A DNA stretch of 64,000 nt from a virus (taxonomy: Duplodnaviria > Caudoviricetes): IMG/VR virus record IMGVR_UViG_3300042691_038938; one strand, 5' to 3'. Numbering within the stretch: the first letter of the stretch is position 1; each line of letters opens with the position of its first letter. The notes beneath the pieces were generated by a model. It made no database searches and was not told where the DNA came from. It saw only the letters and a list, made by a program, of their open reading frames with translations. Both the position numbers and the translations under genes were made by a program. Below, in pieces: positions 1 through 9,721 of the stretch.

Positions 1-1
1 A

Positions 2-886
2 TGGCCACAGCCAGAGAATGACCGACGTCTAGTTTATCAGAATCAGATAAATTTCATCAGACCTAAGCGACTCTATGAGACGATCTTTTCTCCAAACGTT
101 GTGAAAAGAGCAAACCTGATGGATCTTAGCATACCAGAATCTGATTTTTTCGGAAATGATTTTTCTGAGATCGGTAGAGGAAAGCTCAAGATCAATTACA
201 TAGGAGGAAAGGATTACACTAAAAAGAAGAAAGAAGCGGTTGAGGCAATCAACCTAGTCATAGATCACCTTTATGAGACTCTTAAAAATAACTATGATTA
301 CACTAATCAGGAGGACATTCGCATCTCTGGAATAGTGAATGAATTCAAGAGCGCTATTGATTCTACTAGAAATCCTCTTACCTTTAAATCTTCTTACCCA
401 AACATCGGGCTGTATGTTGACCTTAAGTCAGACAAGTATTCAGTAGAGGCAGGGTATCCTCAGATCAGGGAAAAGGTATACCAATTGGTGGTAGGCGGAG
501 GAATCACAGAAGGTCACATAAATTACGATACATACAGGGGCACCATTCAAGTAAAGGGAGCAAAGCTAAAAAGAAGTATTGTCTTGGAGGGAGTGGAATT
601 CTTTGATTGCGAGATCGAAGGAGACATTAAAGGCTGCCTTCTCGATAGATGTATAATTAGAAACTCCAAGCTCACTGAGTGCTCCATCCATTACAGTAAC
701 CTAATCAAGTTCTCAAAGGTACTAGACTGTGACTATTTAGGAGAGTCAAATGAGATCATATCTAGCTTCTTGGATAACTCCATAGATAAGCCGATAACTG
801 GCAATCTTAAGGAATGCGTGATAAATAGGGGAAAGCTTTCTCTTTCCTGTAAGATGGACGACTCTACTAAAATTATTCAACCATAA
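2..886 (+). CDS. Hypothetical phage protein, 5'-truncated by the window edge, with a C-terminal pentapeptide-like beta-solenoid
   Basis: Frame 2 is open from base 2 (WPQPENDRRLVYQNQ...) into the ORF-track start at 101. The C-terminus has short-period repeats (VEFFDCEIEG...LLDRCIIRNSKLTECSI). Confidence 0.6.
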   Translation, partial: WPQPENDRRLVYQNQINFIRPKRLYETIFSPNVVKRANLMDLSIPESDFFGNDFSEIGRGKLKINYIGGKDYTKKKKEAVEAINLVIDHLYETLKNNYDYTNQEDIRISGIVNEFKSAIDSTRNPLTFKSSYPNIGLYVDLKSDKYSVEAGYPQIREKVYQLVVGGGITEGHINYDTYRGTIQVKGAKLKRSIVLEGVEFFDCEIEGDIKGCLLDRCIIRNSKLTECSIHYSNLIKFSKVLDCDYLGESNEIISSFLDNSIDKPITGNLKECVINRGKLSLSCKMDDSTKIIQP

Positions 887-947
887 ATAAGTATAATGTC
901 TGGTGCTTGTTTTGCAAGATAAATAAACAAAATAAGCTGATACTAGG

Positions 948-2372
948 ATGGCCGTCTATAATAATTTAAAGGCGATACGACGATTAACTAATTCAAGTTT
1001 AACATCAATCATTGATATAACTAACCTAAATTTTAGGAGTCTTTCTGACGCAAATTTAGAGTTTCTTAATAATATCAGTTACGATGAGACTTTGAATGCC
1101 TTCACTCTTTATGAAGGTAACTTTGATTTCGTAAATATCACCGACACACTTAGTCTAAAATTGGACGGGATTCCGACCTTTACTATCGACTCTTTGGGTA
1201 GGGCTGAGGGCCAAGAGCTCTTGGTTAAAGTTGCCGAGACTAAGAGATTACGACTGACTGATTTTCCTGACTGGCCGACTGTCGGCGTTCCTGGTGAGAT
1301 AATTTACACAGGCATTCAAAACCAAAGACCCGAATTTGGCGAAGATTTTATCGGTTACTTACAAGGAAGAGGCTGGGTGAGCTTGACTGATAGTCAAGGC
1401 ACTGGCTATCTTATTCTTACTTTATTAGAAGGAAGTCCACCAGTTCCTCCGTGTCCTGGTGCAAATAAAGCGACGATATGGGTAGGACCTCCAGGATACG
1501 CCACTAACTCAGTCCCTACAAGTCAAACTATTTATTTCACTGATGAGAACTGTGATGTCTATGACTTGATGTCTGGAGGAGGCGGCGGTTCAGGTAGCTG
1601 CGGATATTTCACGATCGACAACTTTACAGCGAACGTACCTCAAACGATCAACCATAACTTAGGTACACAAAACGTGCAGGTTCAGACGATAAGAACTGAC
1701 ACTGGAGAATTAGTTGATGCCTTTGTAAATAACTACCTTAGCAACAGCGTAGACATCACCTTTTCCCAGACTATTGCTGCTGTTCGAGTTGTTGTGATTA
1801 GTGCAGAATGTGGAGGAGGCGGCGGAGCGGTTGAGGTTCTTCAAGACGGTACACAAGTAGTCGCGGCAGCGACCGCGATAAACATAGTCGGTCTTGGAAT
1901 AGAGGCAACTACTTCTACTCCAGGTCAAGCAGACATCTCAATAAAACAGGGAAATAAGAAATACATTGCTCCTAGTGAGACTTTGACAATTGATGCAGAT
2001 TATCAGTACATGATCTATGGAAACTTTACGGTTGAAGGAGTAGTCGACAATAGTGGAGAGGTTGTGATCATGAACGGAACTCTTAGTATACTCCCAGGAG
2101 GACAGTTCAATAACTTGGGTCTAGGGACGTTAACGATCGTTAACCTTGCGACTGGAGATTCATTCTTAGGAGCAGTAAAACAATTTACGTCCACTGCATT
2201 GGTACCAGTCAACATTTCTCACAACTTAGGTACTTCCAACTTTGTGTTTAATGCATACGATAGCGGAAGCCTTATCGATATCGATTACACGATAATTGAC
2301 AGTAATACCATTCAAGTGACGACTACTGGAAACGTTAGTGCTGGAGTGATGATATTCCAGGCAAAAATATAA
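948..2372 (+). CDS. Putative virion tail fibre/decoration protein
   Basis: 474 aa. Two copies of an I(N/S)HNLGT beta-rich module, Gly-rich linkers, ATAAATAA late-type motif at 919-926, first gene of a fibre-like cluster. Confidence 0.55.
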   Translation: MAVYNNLKAIRRLTNSSLTSIIDITNLNFRSLSDANLEFLNNISYDETLNAFTLYEGNFDFVNITDTLSLKLDGIPTFTIDSLGRAEGQELLVKVAETKRLRLTDFPDWPTVGVPGEIIYTGIQNQRPEFGEDFIGYLQGRGWVSLTDSQGTGYLILTLLEGSPPVPPCPGANKATIWVGPPGYATNSVPTSQTIYFTDENCDVYDLMSGGGGGSGSCGYFTIDNFTANVPQTINHNLGTQNVQVQTIRTDTGELVDAFVNNYLSNSVDITFSQTIAAVRVVVISAECGGGGGAVEVLQDGTQVVAAATAINIVGLGIEATTSTPGQADISIKQGNKKYIAPSETLTIDADYQYMIYGNFTVEGVVDNSGEVVIMNGTLSILPGGQFNNLGLGTLTIVNLATGDSFLGAVKQFTSTALVPVNISHNLGTSNFVFNAYDSGSLIDIDYTIIDSNTIQVTTTGNVSAGVMIFQAKI

Positions 2373-2380
2373 TTAAGTAA

Positions 2381-4912
2381 ATGGCATCAAAGAAAGTTTA
2401 TTCAGATCTATATGCAGACGGCGAGATAACTGGAAAGAAGATCACAGTTGATGGAGAGTATTCCTTGCCTCTAACTGACGGATTAGCTGGCCAGCTCATT
2501 TCGACTGATGGAGTGGGAAACCTTTCATTCGTTAACATCTCATCTCTAGGTTTGCTTAATCCTTCTAGCATAGTAAACGGCACAGGATTAACGTGGACTC
2601 AGATCTCTCCGGGAATATTACGAGGCGACGTTAGTCTTTCTCCATTTAGCACGACTAACCTAGTTGAGGGAAGTCGTCTCTACTTTACTAACGAAAGAGT
2701 TGACGACCGAGTCAATGCTCTACTTCTTGCTGGGACTGGAATTACTAAGTCATACAATGATGGAGCAGACTCCCTGACTCTAGGAGTCACGCTAGTACCA
2801 TTTAGCACTACTGATCTTGTAGAAGGGTCTAGGCTCTATTTCACGAACGAGAGAGTGGACGATAGAGTTGCAGCATTAATTCAAAACTCAGCGTCTGTTA
2901 CCTGGACCTATAACGATTCCCTAAACACCCTAACTGCAGAGGCGGTGACCTCGCCTCTACAGATTGAAAAGGACGGAGTCTTAGTGGCAGCTAGAGGAAA
3001 GGTCGACTTTATAACTGGATCGAACTCAACACTTACTGTGCTAGACGACGTGATAAACAGTAAAGTAACGGTACAAATTGACTCAAACGTTGGAGCGCTA
3101 GATGACTTATCTGATGTCACTATCCTTTCTCCAAATCCAGGAGAAGTACTAGCATATGTTGGTCCAGACTGGCAAAATGTACCAAATCCAGCAGTCATTC
3201 AAGTGGGCGCAGGAACAGGGTCCAGTATTAGAATCAATAATCTTAATACTGCAAGCGGACCTTATTCAACTGTGAGTGGCGGATACTTAAATACTGCATC
3301 TGCATACTATTCGACAGTCGGCGGAGGGTTAGGTAACACAGCAAGCGGCTATCAATCAGCAGTTGCTGGAGGAAACTCAAACATTTCTAACGGAAACGAA
3401 AGCTTTGTCGGAGGAGGATTATGTAATACCGCAAGCTCAGATTGCTCAACAGTAAGTGGAGGTCAGTCAAACTCGGCAACTGCCTGTTGGTCAGCGGTCA
3501 GTGGAGGATGCGGCAATACTTCATCTGGATATGGATCATTCATCGGCAGTGGCTGTTGTAATACTAGCTCAGGAAATTACTCAGTAATCAGCGGAGGAAG
3601 AATCAACACTTCAAGTTCATACGGTTCAGCCGTCGGTGGAGGATACTTAAATACGGCATTGGGTGCACAGTCAACGATTAGTGGAGGATATTGTAACACA
3701 GCGTCTGGAGCGTTTTCAGTAGTCGATGGAGGCTGTTGTAACACAGCATCAGATTGCTTTTCAACAGTCGGTGGAGGAAGATATAATACTTCATCTGGAT
3801 GCTATTCAGTTATCACCGGAGGAACTTGCAATCTATCTAGTGGATTTTTCTCAGCGTTGGCTGGAGGATTCTGCAATACTTCATCCTGTAGTGGATCATT
3901 CATTGGTGCAGGATATTGTAATACTAGTTCAGGAAATTACTCAGTAATTGGTGGAGGTTACATAAACCTATCTTCAGGAACAGATTCAGTGATCGGCGGA
4001 GGATTTAGAAATATTTCATCATGTAATAGATCAACGATTAGTGGAGGTTATTGCAACATAGCAAATGCAGATTGTTCAACAATAGGTGGAGGAAAAGTTA
4101 ACACAGTGACCGGCCTGAATTCAGCAATACTTGGTGGTAGAAATAACACAGCATCAAATACTGATTCAACAGTAGGTGGAGGATTCATGAACGTTGCTAG
4201 CGGATACGGCTCAGCTGTTCTTGGAGGATATTGTAACACAATGTCAAACTTTAACTCTGGTGCATTTGGCTGTAACATTACCTCAGTATGTGATAATACC
4301 TTTCATGCTAATTACTTGAACCTATACAACACACCAGAGTCAGCGACTTCAAACACCGCATCGCTAGTAAGAGACACTGTGACTGGCCAAGTAAAAGTTA
4401 GATATCAGGGAGGGATCTTTGCACAGACCACTTCAAGCACGCCGATAACTGGAACGATTACTGAAACCTCGGTGATCTCAACTGGTGTTGGGACTCTTAC
4501 TGTACCTGCGAATGGCTTCGCGGTCGGCGACAGCTTTGGAGTTTCAGTCGGGGGAGTGATCTCGTCGGCAAATGGTGAGACTGTTAGAATTAGAATAAAA
4601 TCAGGCTCAGTATTACTTGCAGACACCGGCACAGTATCTCTACCCGCACTATCCGGTAGATTTTGGTCCCTACAAGTACAGTTTACAATAAGAGCCATTG
4701 GAGCAGCAGGAGTTGCTTCCATCGCGGCAAACGGAATGTTTTCATTCTCTTCTTCTGGATTCGACATACTTGGCGCTGACTTGGGAGGAGTTGAAAACAC
4801 TCTCTTTGATACTACTGCCTCAAACACGCTAACGGTTACTGCCCAATGGGGATCGACGAACGCGACGAATAACATCTATTCTAACATATTTGTCGTAAAC
4901 AAGAACTATTAA
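2381..4912 (+). CDS. Tail fibre/adhesin-like protein with 22 x 15-aa NxxSGxxSxxxGGxx repeats
   Basis: 843 aa. Duplicated PFSTT(N/D)LVEGSRLYFTNERVDDRV module, a central beta-solenoid-type repeat and a beta-rich C-terminal domain. Confidence 0.7.
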   Translation: MASKKVYSDLYADGEITGKKITVDGEYSLPLTDGLAGQLISTDGVGNLSFVNISSLGLLNPSSIVNGTGLTWTQISPGILRGDVSLSPFSTTNLVEGSRLYFTNERVDDRVNALLLAGTGITKSYNDGADSLTLGVTLVPFSTTDLVEGSRLYFTNERVDDRVAALIQNSASVTWTYNDSLNTLTAEAVTSPLQIEKDGVLVAARGKVDFITGSNSTLTVLDDVINSKVTVQIDSNVGALDDLSDVTILSPNPGEVLAYVGPDWQNVPNPAVIQVGAGTGSSIRINNLNTASGPYSTVSGGYLNTASAYYSTVGGGLGNTASGYQSAVAGGNSNISNGNESFVGGGLCNTASSDCSTVSGGQSNSATACWSAVSGGCGNTSSGYGSFIGSGCCNTSSGNYSVISGGRINTSSSYGSAVGGGYLNTALGAQSTISGGYCNTASGAFSVVDGGCCNTASDCFSTVGGGRYNTSSGCYSVITGGTCNLSSGFFSALAGGFCNTSSCSGSFIGAGYCNTSSGNYSVIGGGYINLSSGTDSVIGGGFRNISSCNRSTISGGYCNIANADCSTIGGGKVNTVTGLNSAILGGRNNTASNTDSTVGGGFMNVASGYGSAVLGGYCNTMSNFNSGAFGCNITSVCDNTFHANYLNLYNTPESATSNTASLVRDTVTGQVKVRYQGGIFAQTTSSTPITGTITETSVISTGVGTLTVPANGFAVGDSFGVSVGGVISSANGETVRIRIKSGSVLLADTGTVSLPALSGRFWSLQVQFTIRAIGAAGVASIAANGMFSFSSSGFDILGADLGGVENTLFDTTASNTLTVTAQWGSTNATNNIYSNIFVVNKNY
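2642..2870 (+). repeat. Two diverged copies of a fibre module, 156 nt apart
   Basis: PFSTTNLVEGSRLYFTNERVDDRV at 2642 and PFSTTDLVEGSRLYFTNERVDDRV at 2798. The protein is nearly identical while synonymous sites differ. Confidence 0.85.
3245..4234 (+). repeat. Coding tandem repeat, 22 units of 45 nt
   Basis: Counted by hand from NTASGPYSTVSGGYL to NVASGYGSAVLGGYC. Confidence 0.9.
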
Positions 4913-4928
4913 AAAGAATATAACTTAG

Positions 4929-6716
4929 ATGAGCAAGAAGATTTTAAGCATTTCTCAACACAAGACAGTATGTAGTACACCAGCTACTCCGGATGCAGGC
5001 TACAGTAAGATCTACGTAAAATCAAATGGTTGTTGGTATCGACTTGACGACTCAGGTAACGAGTATCCGTTAGGCGGAGGAGGAGGAGTAATCGATGTGG
5101 GGAGCGGACCAAACTCAAGCCTTAGGATAAATAATTGTAATACTGCGAGTTCCAATTATTCGACTGCATTAGGCAGATGTAATAACTCATGTAGTCAATA
5201 CTCTACGATCAGTGGAGGTTGTAATAATACTGCAGGCTACACATCAACTGTTGGTGGAGGTCGAGGGAATAACGGATTCGGATTAGGTTCGACTATTTCA
5301 GGTGGGTGCAATAACGTAAGTGATGGTGCTTCAACATATCCAACTATTGGCGGAGGCTGCGCTAACTCAGTGAATGGAGCCGCATCAGTTGTTGGTGGAG
5401 GATGTTTAAACTCTGCATGCGGTTCAGCGTCAGTGATAAGTGGAGGATCCAATAATACGTCTAGTGGATATGTATCAACGTTGGGAGGAGGATTGTGCAA
5501 CGTTTCATCCTGCACTTATTCAACAATTGGCGGAGGTTACTGTAATCAAGCAACATCGCCATTATCAGTCATCGGCGGCGGAGGCAAAAATTACGTTTCC
5601 GGCTGTGGATCAACGATCAGTGGAGGTTACTTCAATAGCTCAAATAACAGCTTCGTAGCAATAGGAGGAGGACGATGTAACACTGCATCTGGATATTTTT
5701 CTATAATTAGCGGAGGCGCATCAAACTTCGCATGTTCAATATCGTCACTGGTAAGTAGCGGAAATTTAAACTCAGTCACTGCAATTTACTCCACTGTTAT
5801 AAATGGCAGTAATAACTCAGCTTCAGGAAATTTCGCACTCGTTGGAGGAGGTAGTAATAATACAGCAAGCGGCAGCTATTCGATAGTCGGAAACGGTTCA
5901 ATCAATATAGCAAGCGGAAATCACTCAGTTATTGTAGGAGGTTTTTGTAACAATGCAACTAGCGGTTTCGCAACAGTAAGCGGAGGTCGACGAAACACGG
6001 CATCCAGTGACTATTCAGTGGTTAGTGGAGGTTGTTGTAATACTGCTTCAGGTTATTCAGCGACTGTGAGCGGGGGTAGAAGAAACGCAACAGCCGCTGT
6101 TTGCTCAACAATAAGTGGAGGATATCTTAATAATATCTCGGCAGTAGGTTCGTATTCAGCAATAGGCGGTGGATATAACAACTGCATCACTTCTTCATGT
6201 AACGTAATTGCTGGAGGGCACTCGAACGTTTCTTCTGGAGCAAGATCAGTCGTTGGGGGAGGGACGGTAAATACTGCTAGTGCCAACACTGCGACTGTTA
6301 GTGGGGGGAGACAAAACACTGCAAGTGGATCTGATTCAACAGTCGGCGGAGGGTTAGGAAACTCATCGACTCAACCGTACGCAGCAATTAGCGGAGGATA
6401 CTGTAATGTTGCGAGTGGAGCTAGTTCAACCATTAGCGGAGGATACCGTAATACTGCGTCAGGCGCATCTGCAGGCATAGTCAGCGGCCAGTACAACTCA
6501 GCACAATGCGTGTCGACGCTTGTTGGAGGCCAATGCAATACTGCATGTCATGATTATGCTATCGTGCTTGGATGTGGACTCACATCAAACAGAGCGGCAG
6601 CAACATTCGTGAACCAGCTCTCCATCGTGAACCTACCAAGCTCTAGTGCAGGACTTCCATCCGGTGCATTATGGTATGATTCAGCAGACAGCTGCACAGT
6701 TAAATTCGTTCCATAG
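4929..6716 (+). CDS. Paralogous 15-aa-repeat fibre/adhesin-like protein, Cys-rich
   Basis: 595 aa. Shares the VIDVGSGxxSSLRINN lead-in and the repeat consensus with 2381..4912. Ends LSIVNLPSSSAGLPSGALWYD. Confidence 0.7.
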   Translation: MSKKILSISQHKTVCSTPATPDAGYSKIYVKSNGCWYRLDDSGNEYPLGGGGGVIDVGSGPNSSLRINNCNTASSNYSTALGRCNNSCSQYSTISGGCNNTAGYTSTVGGGRGNNGFGLGSTISGGCNNVSDGASTYPTIGGGCANSVNGAASVVGGGCLNSACGSASVISGGSNNTSSGYVSTLGGGLCNVSSCTYSTIGGGYCNQATSPLSVIGGGGKNYVSGCGSTISGGYFNSSNNSFVAIGGGRCNTASGYFSIISGGASNFACSISSLVSSGNLNSVTAIYSTVINGSNNSASGNFALVGGGSNNTASGSYSIVGNGSINIASGNHSVIVGGFCNNATSGFATVSGGRRNTASSDYSVVSGGCCNTASGYSATVSGGRRNATAAVCSTISGGYLNNISAVGSYSAIGGGYNNCITSSCNVIAGGHSNVSSGARSVVGGGTVNTASANTATVSGGRQNTASGSDSTVGGGLGNSSTQPYAAISGGYCNVASGASSTISGGYRNTASGASAGIVSGQYNSAQCVSTLVGGQCNTACHDYAIVLGCGLTSNRAAATFVNQLSIVNLPSSSAGLPSGALWYDSADSCTVKFVP

Positions 6717-6742
6717 ATAAATAATAAAAAAGATTTTAATAG

Positions 6743-8101
6743 ATGTACGGATCGGGAATACAGATACCTAGGATTGCTTTTTCAACAGTAGACTACGCAC
6801 AGATTCCAGCAAACAGCTTTTTCTTTGGTTTTGACTTGGATAATGCTGGTGCCCTTTCAAAAATGGACAACACAGGAGCAGTCACTGTGATCGAAGGAGC
6901 AGGTGGCGGAGGAGTAGTTGATACTGGTTCAGGCACCTATTCAACTTATAGGATATGCACAAGTAATAATGCGTCTGGCCCATACTCAACAGCCTTCGGC
7001 TATGCTAATAGTGCTAGTGGGTATGGAGCGACTGTCTCGGGAGGATATAATAATACTGTAAGCTCTGATCTCTCTACGGTTTCCGGAGGATATGGAAACA
7101 CCTCAAGCGGGTACTATTCAGTGGTCGGTGGAGGTGCATACAACACGGCGCTATCTGACTATTCAACATCTAGTGGAGGTTATGGAAACTCAGCAGCCAA
7201 TCTCGCAGCGACTGTCTCTGGTGGATACGGTAATTCAGCGACCGGTGCAGGAGCGACAATTTCCGGCGGAGTCGCTAACACGACAAGCGGATACTATTCA
7301 GTAATCGGCGGAGGAGCGTTTAACTCAATACAGTGTCAGTATTCAGTGATCGGCGGAGGATTCAATAACACTGCGTCTGGTTACAACGGTGCAACAATTG
7401 GTGGTGGAATAAACAACACTGCGTCTGGGTATAATCCATCAACTGTTGGAGGAGGATTCAGCAATACTGCGAGCGGAGGCTATTCAACGGTCAGCGGAGG
7501 TTATTTCAATACTTCTTCCGCTTATTACTCAACAGTCAGTGGAGGTTACGGTAATGTTGCGAGCGGAAGCTATTCAACAGTCAGTGGAGGATATGATAAT
7601 GCAGCGTGTGCCCAGTGTTCAACAGTGAGCGGCGGAGCGAATAACATAGTCCGAGGTTGCGGGTCAGCAGTAGTCGGAGGAGTTGACAATACATTAGGGT
7701 CTTGTGCAAGTTGTTCAATCATTGGTGGAGGTTGTTTCAATACGGTGACTAAAGAATTGTCATTCGTTGGTGGAGGGTTATGCAACTGTTCTTGTAGTAC
7801 AACTTCAGTGATCAGCGGAGGAGCTTTTAATACAACGTGTGGAGACTATTCAACAGTCAGTGGAGGATACGGAAACTTCGCTGACTCATTATATGGAGCA
7901 ATTCTTGGAGGACAGTGTAATAATACTTGCAGCTTTGCCTGTGCAACAATAGTCGGCTCAAATATTTGCGCAGTAGCCAACTGTACTCTGCATGCAAACT
8001 GTCTCTGGTTAAAGGATCTTCCTGACGATTCCGCTTTACCGTTACCTGCAGGAACAGTTTACTCGTGCACGGCTGAGGGAGGAAGGCTTTACATAGCATA
8101 A
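6743..8101 (+). CDS. Third paralogous 15-aa-repeat fibre/adhesin-like protein
   Basis: 452 aa. VVDTGSGTYSTYRI lead-in and the same repeat. C-terminal LKDLPDDSALPLPAGTVY resembles the end of 4929..6716. ATAAATAA at 6717-6724. Confidence 0.7.
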   Translation: MYGSGIQIPRIAFSTVDYAQIPANSFFFGFDLDNAGALSKMDNTGAVTVIEGAGGGGVVDTGSGTYSTYRICTSNNASGPYSTAFGYANSASGYGATVSGGYNNTVSSDLSTVSGGYGNTSSGYYSVVGGGAYNTALSDYSTSSGGYGNSAANLAATVSGGYGNSATGAGATISGGVANTTSGYYSVIGGGAFNSIQCQYSVIGGGFNNTASGYNGATIGGGINNTASGYNPSTVGGGFSNTASGGYSTVSGGYFNTSSAYYSTVSGGYGNVASGSYSTVSGGYDNAACAQCSTVSGGANNIVRGCGSAVVGGVDNTLGSCASCSIIGGGCFNTVTKELSFVGGGLCNCSCSTTSVISGGAFNTTCGDYSTVSGGYGNFADSLYGAILGGQCNNTCSFACATIVGSNICAVANCTLHANCLWLKDLPDDSALPLPAGTVYSCTAEGGRLYIA

Positions 8102-8117
8102 AAATAGAGAAAAAGAA

Positions 8118-8582
8118 ATGGCGATAAAATTTGACTGTTTAAACATAATAGCTTTTAATACTCAAAGTAAAAAAGCTCAACCTAAAGCTGAGCCTAAACC
8201 AGAACCTGCGACCACCTACTCGGGTCGATTAAAATATGTGATTATTGACGACGTTAATTTAACGACTGATATCTCAATATCAGAAATGCAGTATGATGAG
8301 TTAGGTTTTGCAGAAGTGTATTCTTCCCTTCAGCAATACGTATCTTCAAAGACTGAACAGGTCTCTCCTACTCTAGGTTCCATTTATTTTACTCCAACCA
8401 CTGTGACTTTTAGATTACCGAAGACTCTGGAAAAAGTTCAAAGCAGTCCTAATCTTAGGGGAAACAATTCTAATTGGAATAAGGTGACCTTTAATACGAT
8501 TGGGGATGGTTTTGAGGGAACTGTGACGGATTTCTTTAATAACGTTGATAAGTTAGCTAGACAACAAGAAACTACTGTCTAA
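8118..8582 (+). CDS. Hypothetical protein
   Basis: 154-aa ORF co-oriented and closely spaced in the fibre cluster. Confidence 0.6.
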   Translation: MAIKFDCLNIIAFNTQSKKAQPKAEPKPEPATTYSGRLKYVIIDDVNLTTDISISEMQYDELGFAEVYSSLQQYVSSKTEQVSPTLGSIYFTPTTVTFRLPKTLEKVQSSPNLRGNNSNWNKVTFNTIGDGFEGTVTDFFNNVDKLARQQETTV

Positions 8583-8597
8583 TAAAAATATAAAAAC

Positions 8598-8909
8598 ATG
8601 TTTAATACTATTCACATTTTCGGATACGGTGAGACTCAAATCATCGGAAGTGAGCTTAACTTAAAAATAAGTTCCTCTACTCTAACTACACTAACTCCTT
8701 TTGTAGATCACATAAAGAGCCTACGTCCTAGCGATGTGCTTGAATCAGACTATCACGTGATTCACGTATTCAATGAAGCAAAGGTAATGTACTTGTCTCA
8801 GTCAGAATCGCAAGAAGAAAAGAGAACCTTTACTATTGACTTTGACCAGATCGACACGAGTATCTTGGAAAGCCTGATTCAGGAACTGTACTCTGCTACC
8901 ATCAGTTAA
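8598..8909 (+). CDS. Hypothetical protein, possible fibre assembly chaperone
   Basis: 103-aa ORF ending the fibre cluster. The function is a positional guess only. Confidence 0.55.
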   Translation: MFNTIHIFGYGETQIIGSELNLKISSSTLTTLTPFVDHIKSLRPSDVLESDYHVIHVFNEAKVMYLSQSESQEEKRTFTIDFDQIDTSILESLIQELYSATIS

Positions 8910-9721
8910 TAATACTTAAACTCATCGTAGAACCACTTGTAATTGGTCTTGATCCAGTTACAGACGTTTACTCCAAGCACATCCTTGTAATCGGGCTTGA
9001 GTGGCGAGATCTTTGTGCGAATCTTATGGTCGCCATAGATACCGTATACTGAGTCGTCTTCAGCGGTTATCTGTTCAACGTTATCAAAGTCATGAGAGAA
9101 TTCAGGAACTCCCAAGTACTGATAGATCCTTTTCATTTCCCTTTGGGGATTTTCAGTCAGGTCTTCGTACTTGACAAAAAGCATCTTCTTGTCGATTCCC
9201 TCCTTGAATATCTGATAGAGCCTCTCTATCGCAAGACCTACTGGCTGGCCCTGTGCCCATACGTCAATCCTCTTCTCAGTGGTTGTACCAGTCATCTTTG
9301 AGTGATCGACTATTCCAGAATCCATGTGCTGGTTCTTGCGAAAGTTCTTCTCCATTGAGGCAAAGATTCCGCGAAGGTCCCTGACCATGCAGACGATCTT
9401 GGGGTCTGGATAGAACTCATTAAGAAATCCATAGTGGATTCCCCAACCTCTACTCTTATCCATGACATACGGTCGGTCGGTGATCGCGTTGAAGAATCCA
9501 TGTACCCCGTCGTGACAGAATCGAGTAAATCCTGCTCTCATCAGGGATGAGTCCTGTGCCTTAAACTCAGGAGAATTAGTGTAATTGTTTCTGGCCGCAT
9601 ACACTAACTCCAGGACTCCCGAAGTGGGCGTGACATAGAAGTCAGGATTCTGGCCCAGGACGTTTTGTAAGAGAGTTGATCCTGCTCTTGGCAGGGACGA
9701 TTGAAAGAATATCTGTTTCAT
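8906..9721 (-). CDS. PAPS-dependent sulfotransferase (Sulfotransfer_3-like)
   Basis: N-terminal 5'-PSB loop SSLPRAGSTLL, 3'-PB motif VRDLRGIFAS and the typical VKYEDL(T)ENP...IYQYLG segment. Confidence 0.85.
   Translation of the reverse strand: MKQIFFQSSLPRAGSTLLQNVLGQNPDFYVTPTSGVLELVYAARNNYTNSPEFKAQDSSLMRAGFTRFCHDGVHGFFNAITDRPYVMDKSRGWGIHYGFLNEFYPDPKIVCMVRDLRGIFASMEKNFRKNQHMDSGIVDHSKMTGTTTEKRIDVWAQGQPVGLAIERLYQIFKEGIDKKMLFVKYEDLTENPQREMKRIYQYLGVPEFSHDFDNVEQITAEDDSVYGIYGDHKIRTKISPLKPDYKDVLGVNVCNWIKTNYKWFYDEFKYY

Noticed and set aside
3245-8000. 45-nt periodic DNA resembling a CRISPR array or an ice-nucleation gene
   Set aside because: The periodicity is in frame and coding, with no constant repeat plus unique spacer. 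The 15-aa consensus differs from the AGYGSTxT 8/16-aa ice-nucleation repeat.
1710-8099. Many short antisense or alternate-frame ORFs over the repeat fibre genes (e.g. 4405..4875, 5237..5515, 6053..6319)
   Set aside because: Shadow ORFs produced by Gly/Ser codon periodicity; they are Pro/Thr-rich mirror sequences with no start context.
8906-8909. Convergent genes sharing a TTAA double stop
   Set aside because: Common compact-genome arrangement in AT-rich phages; no further structure seen.
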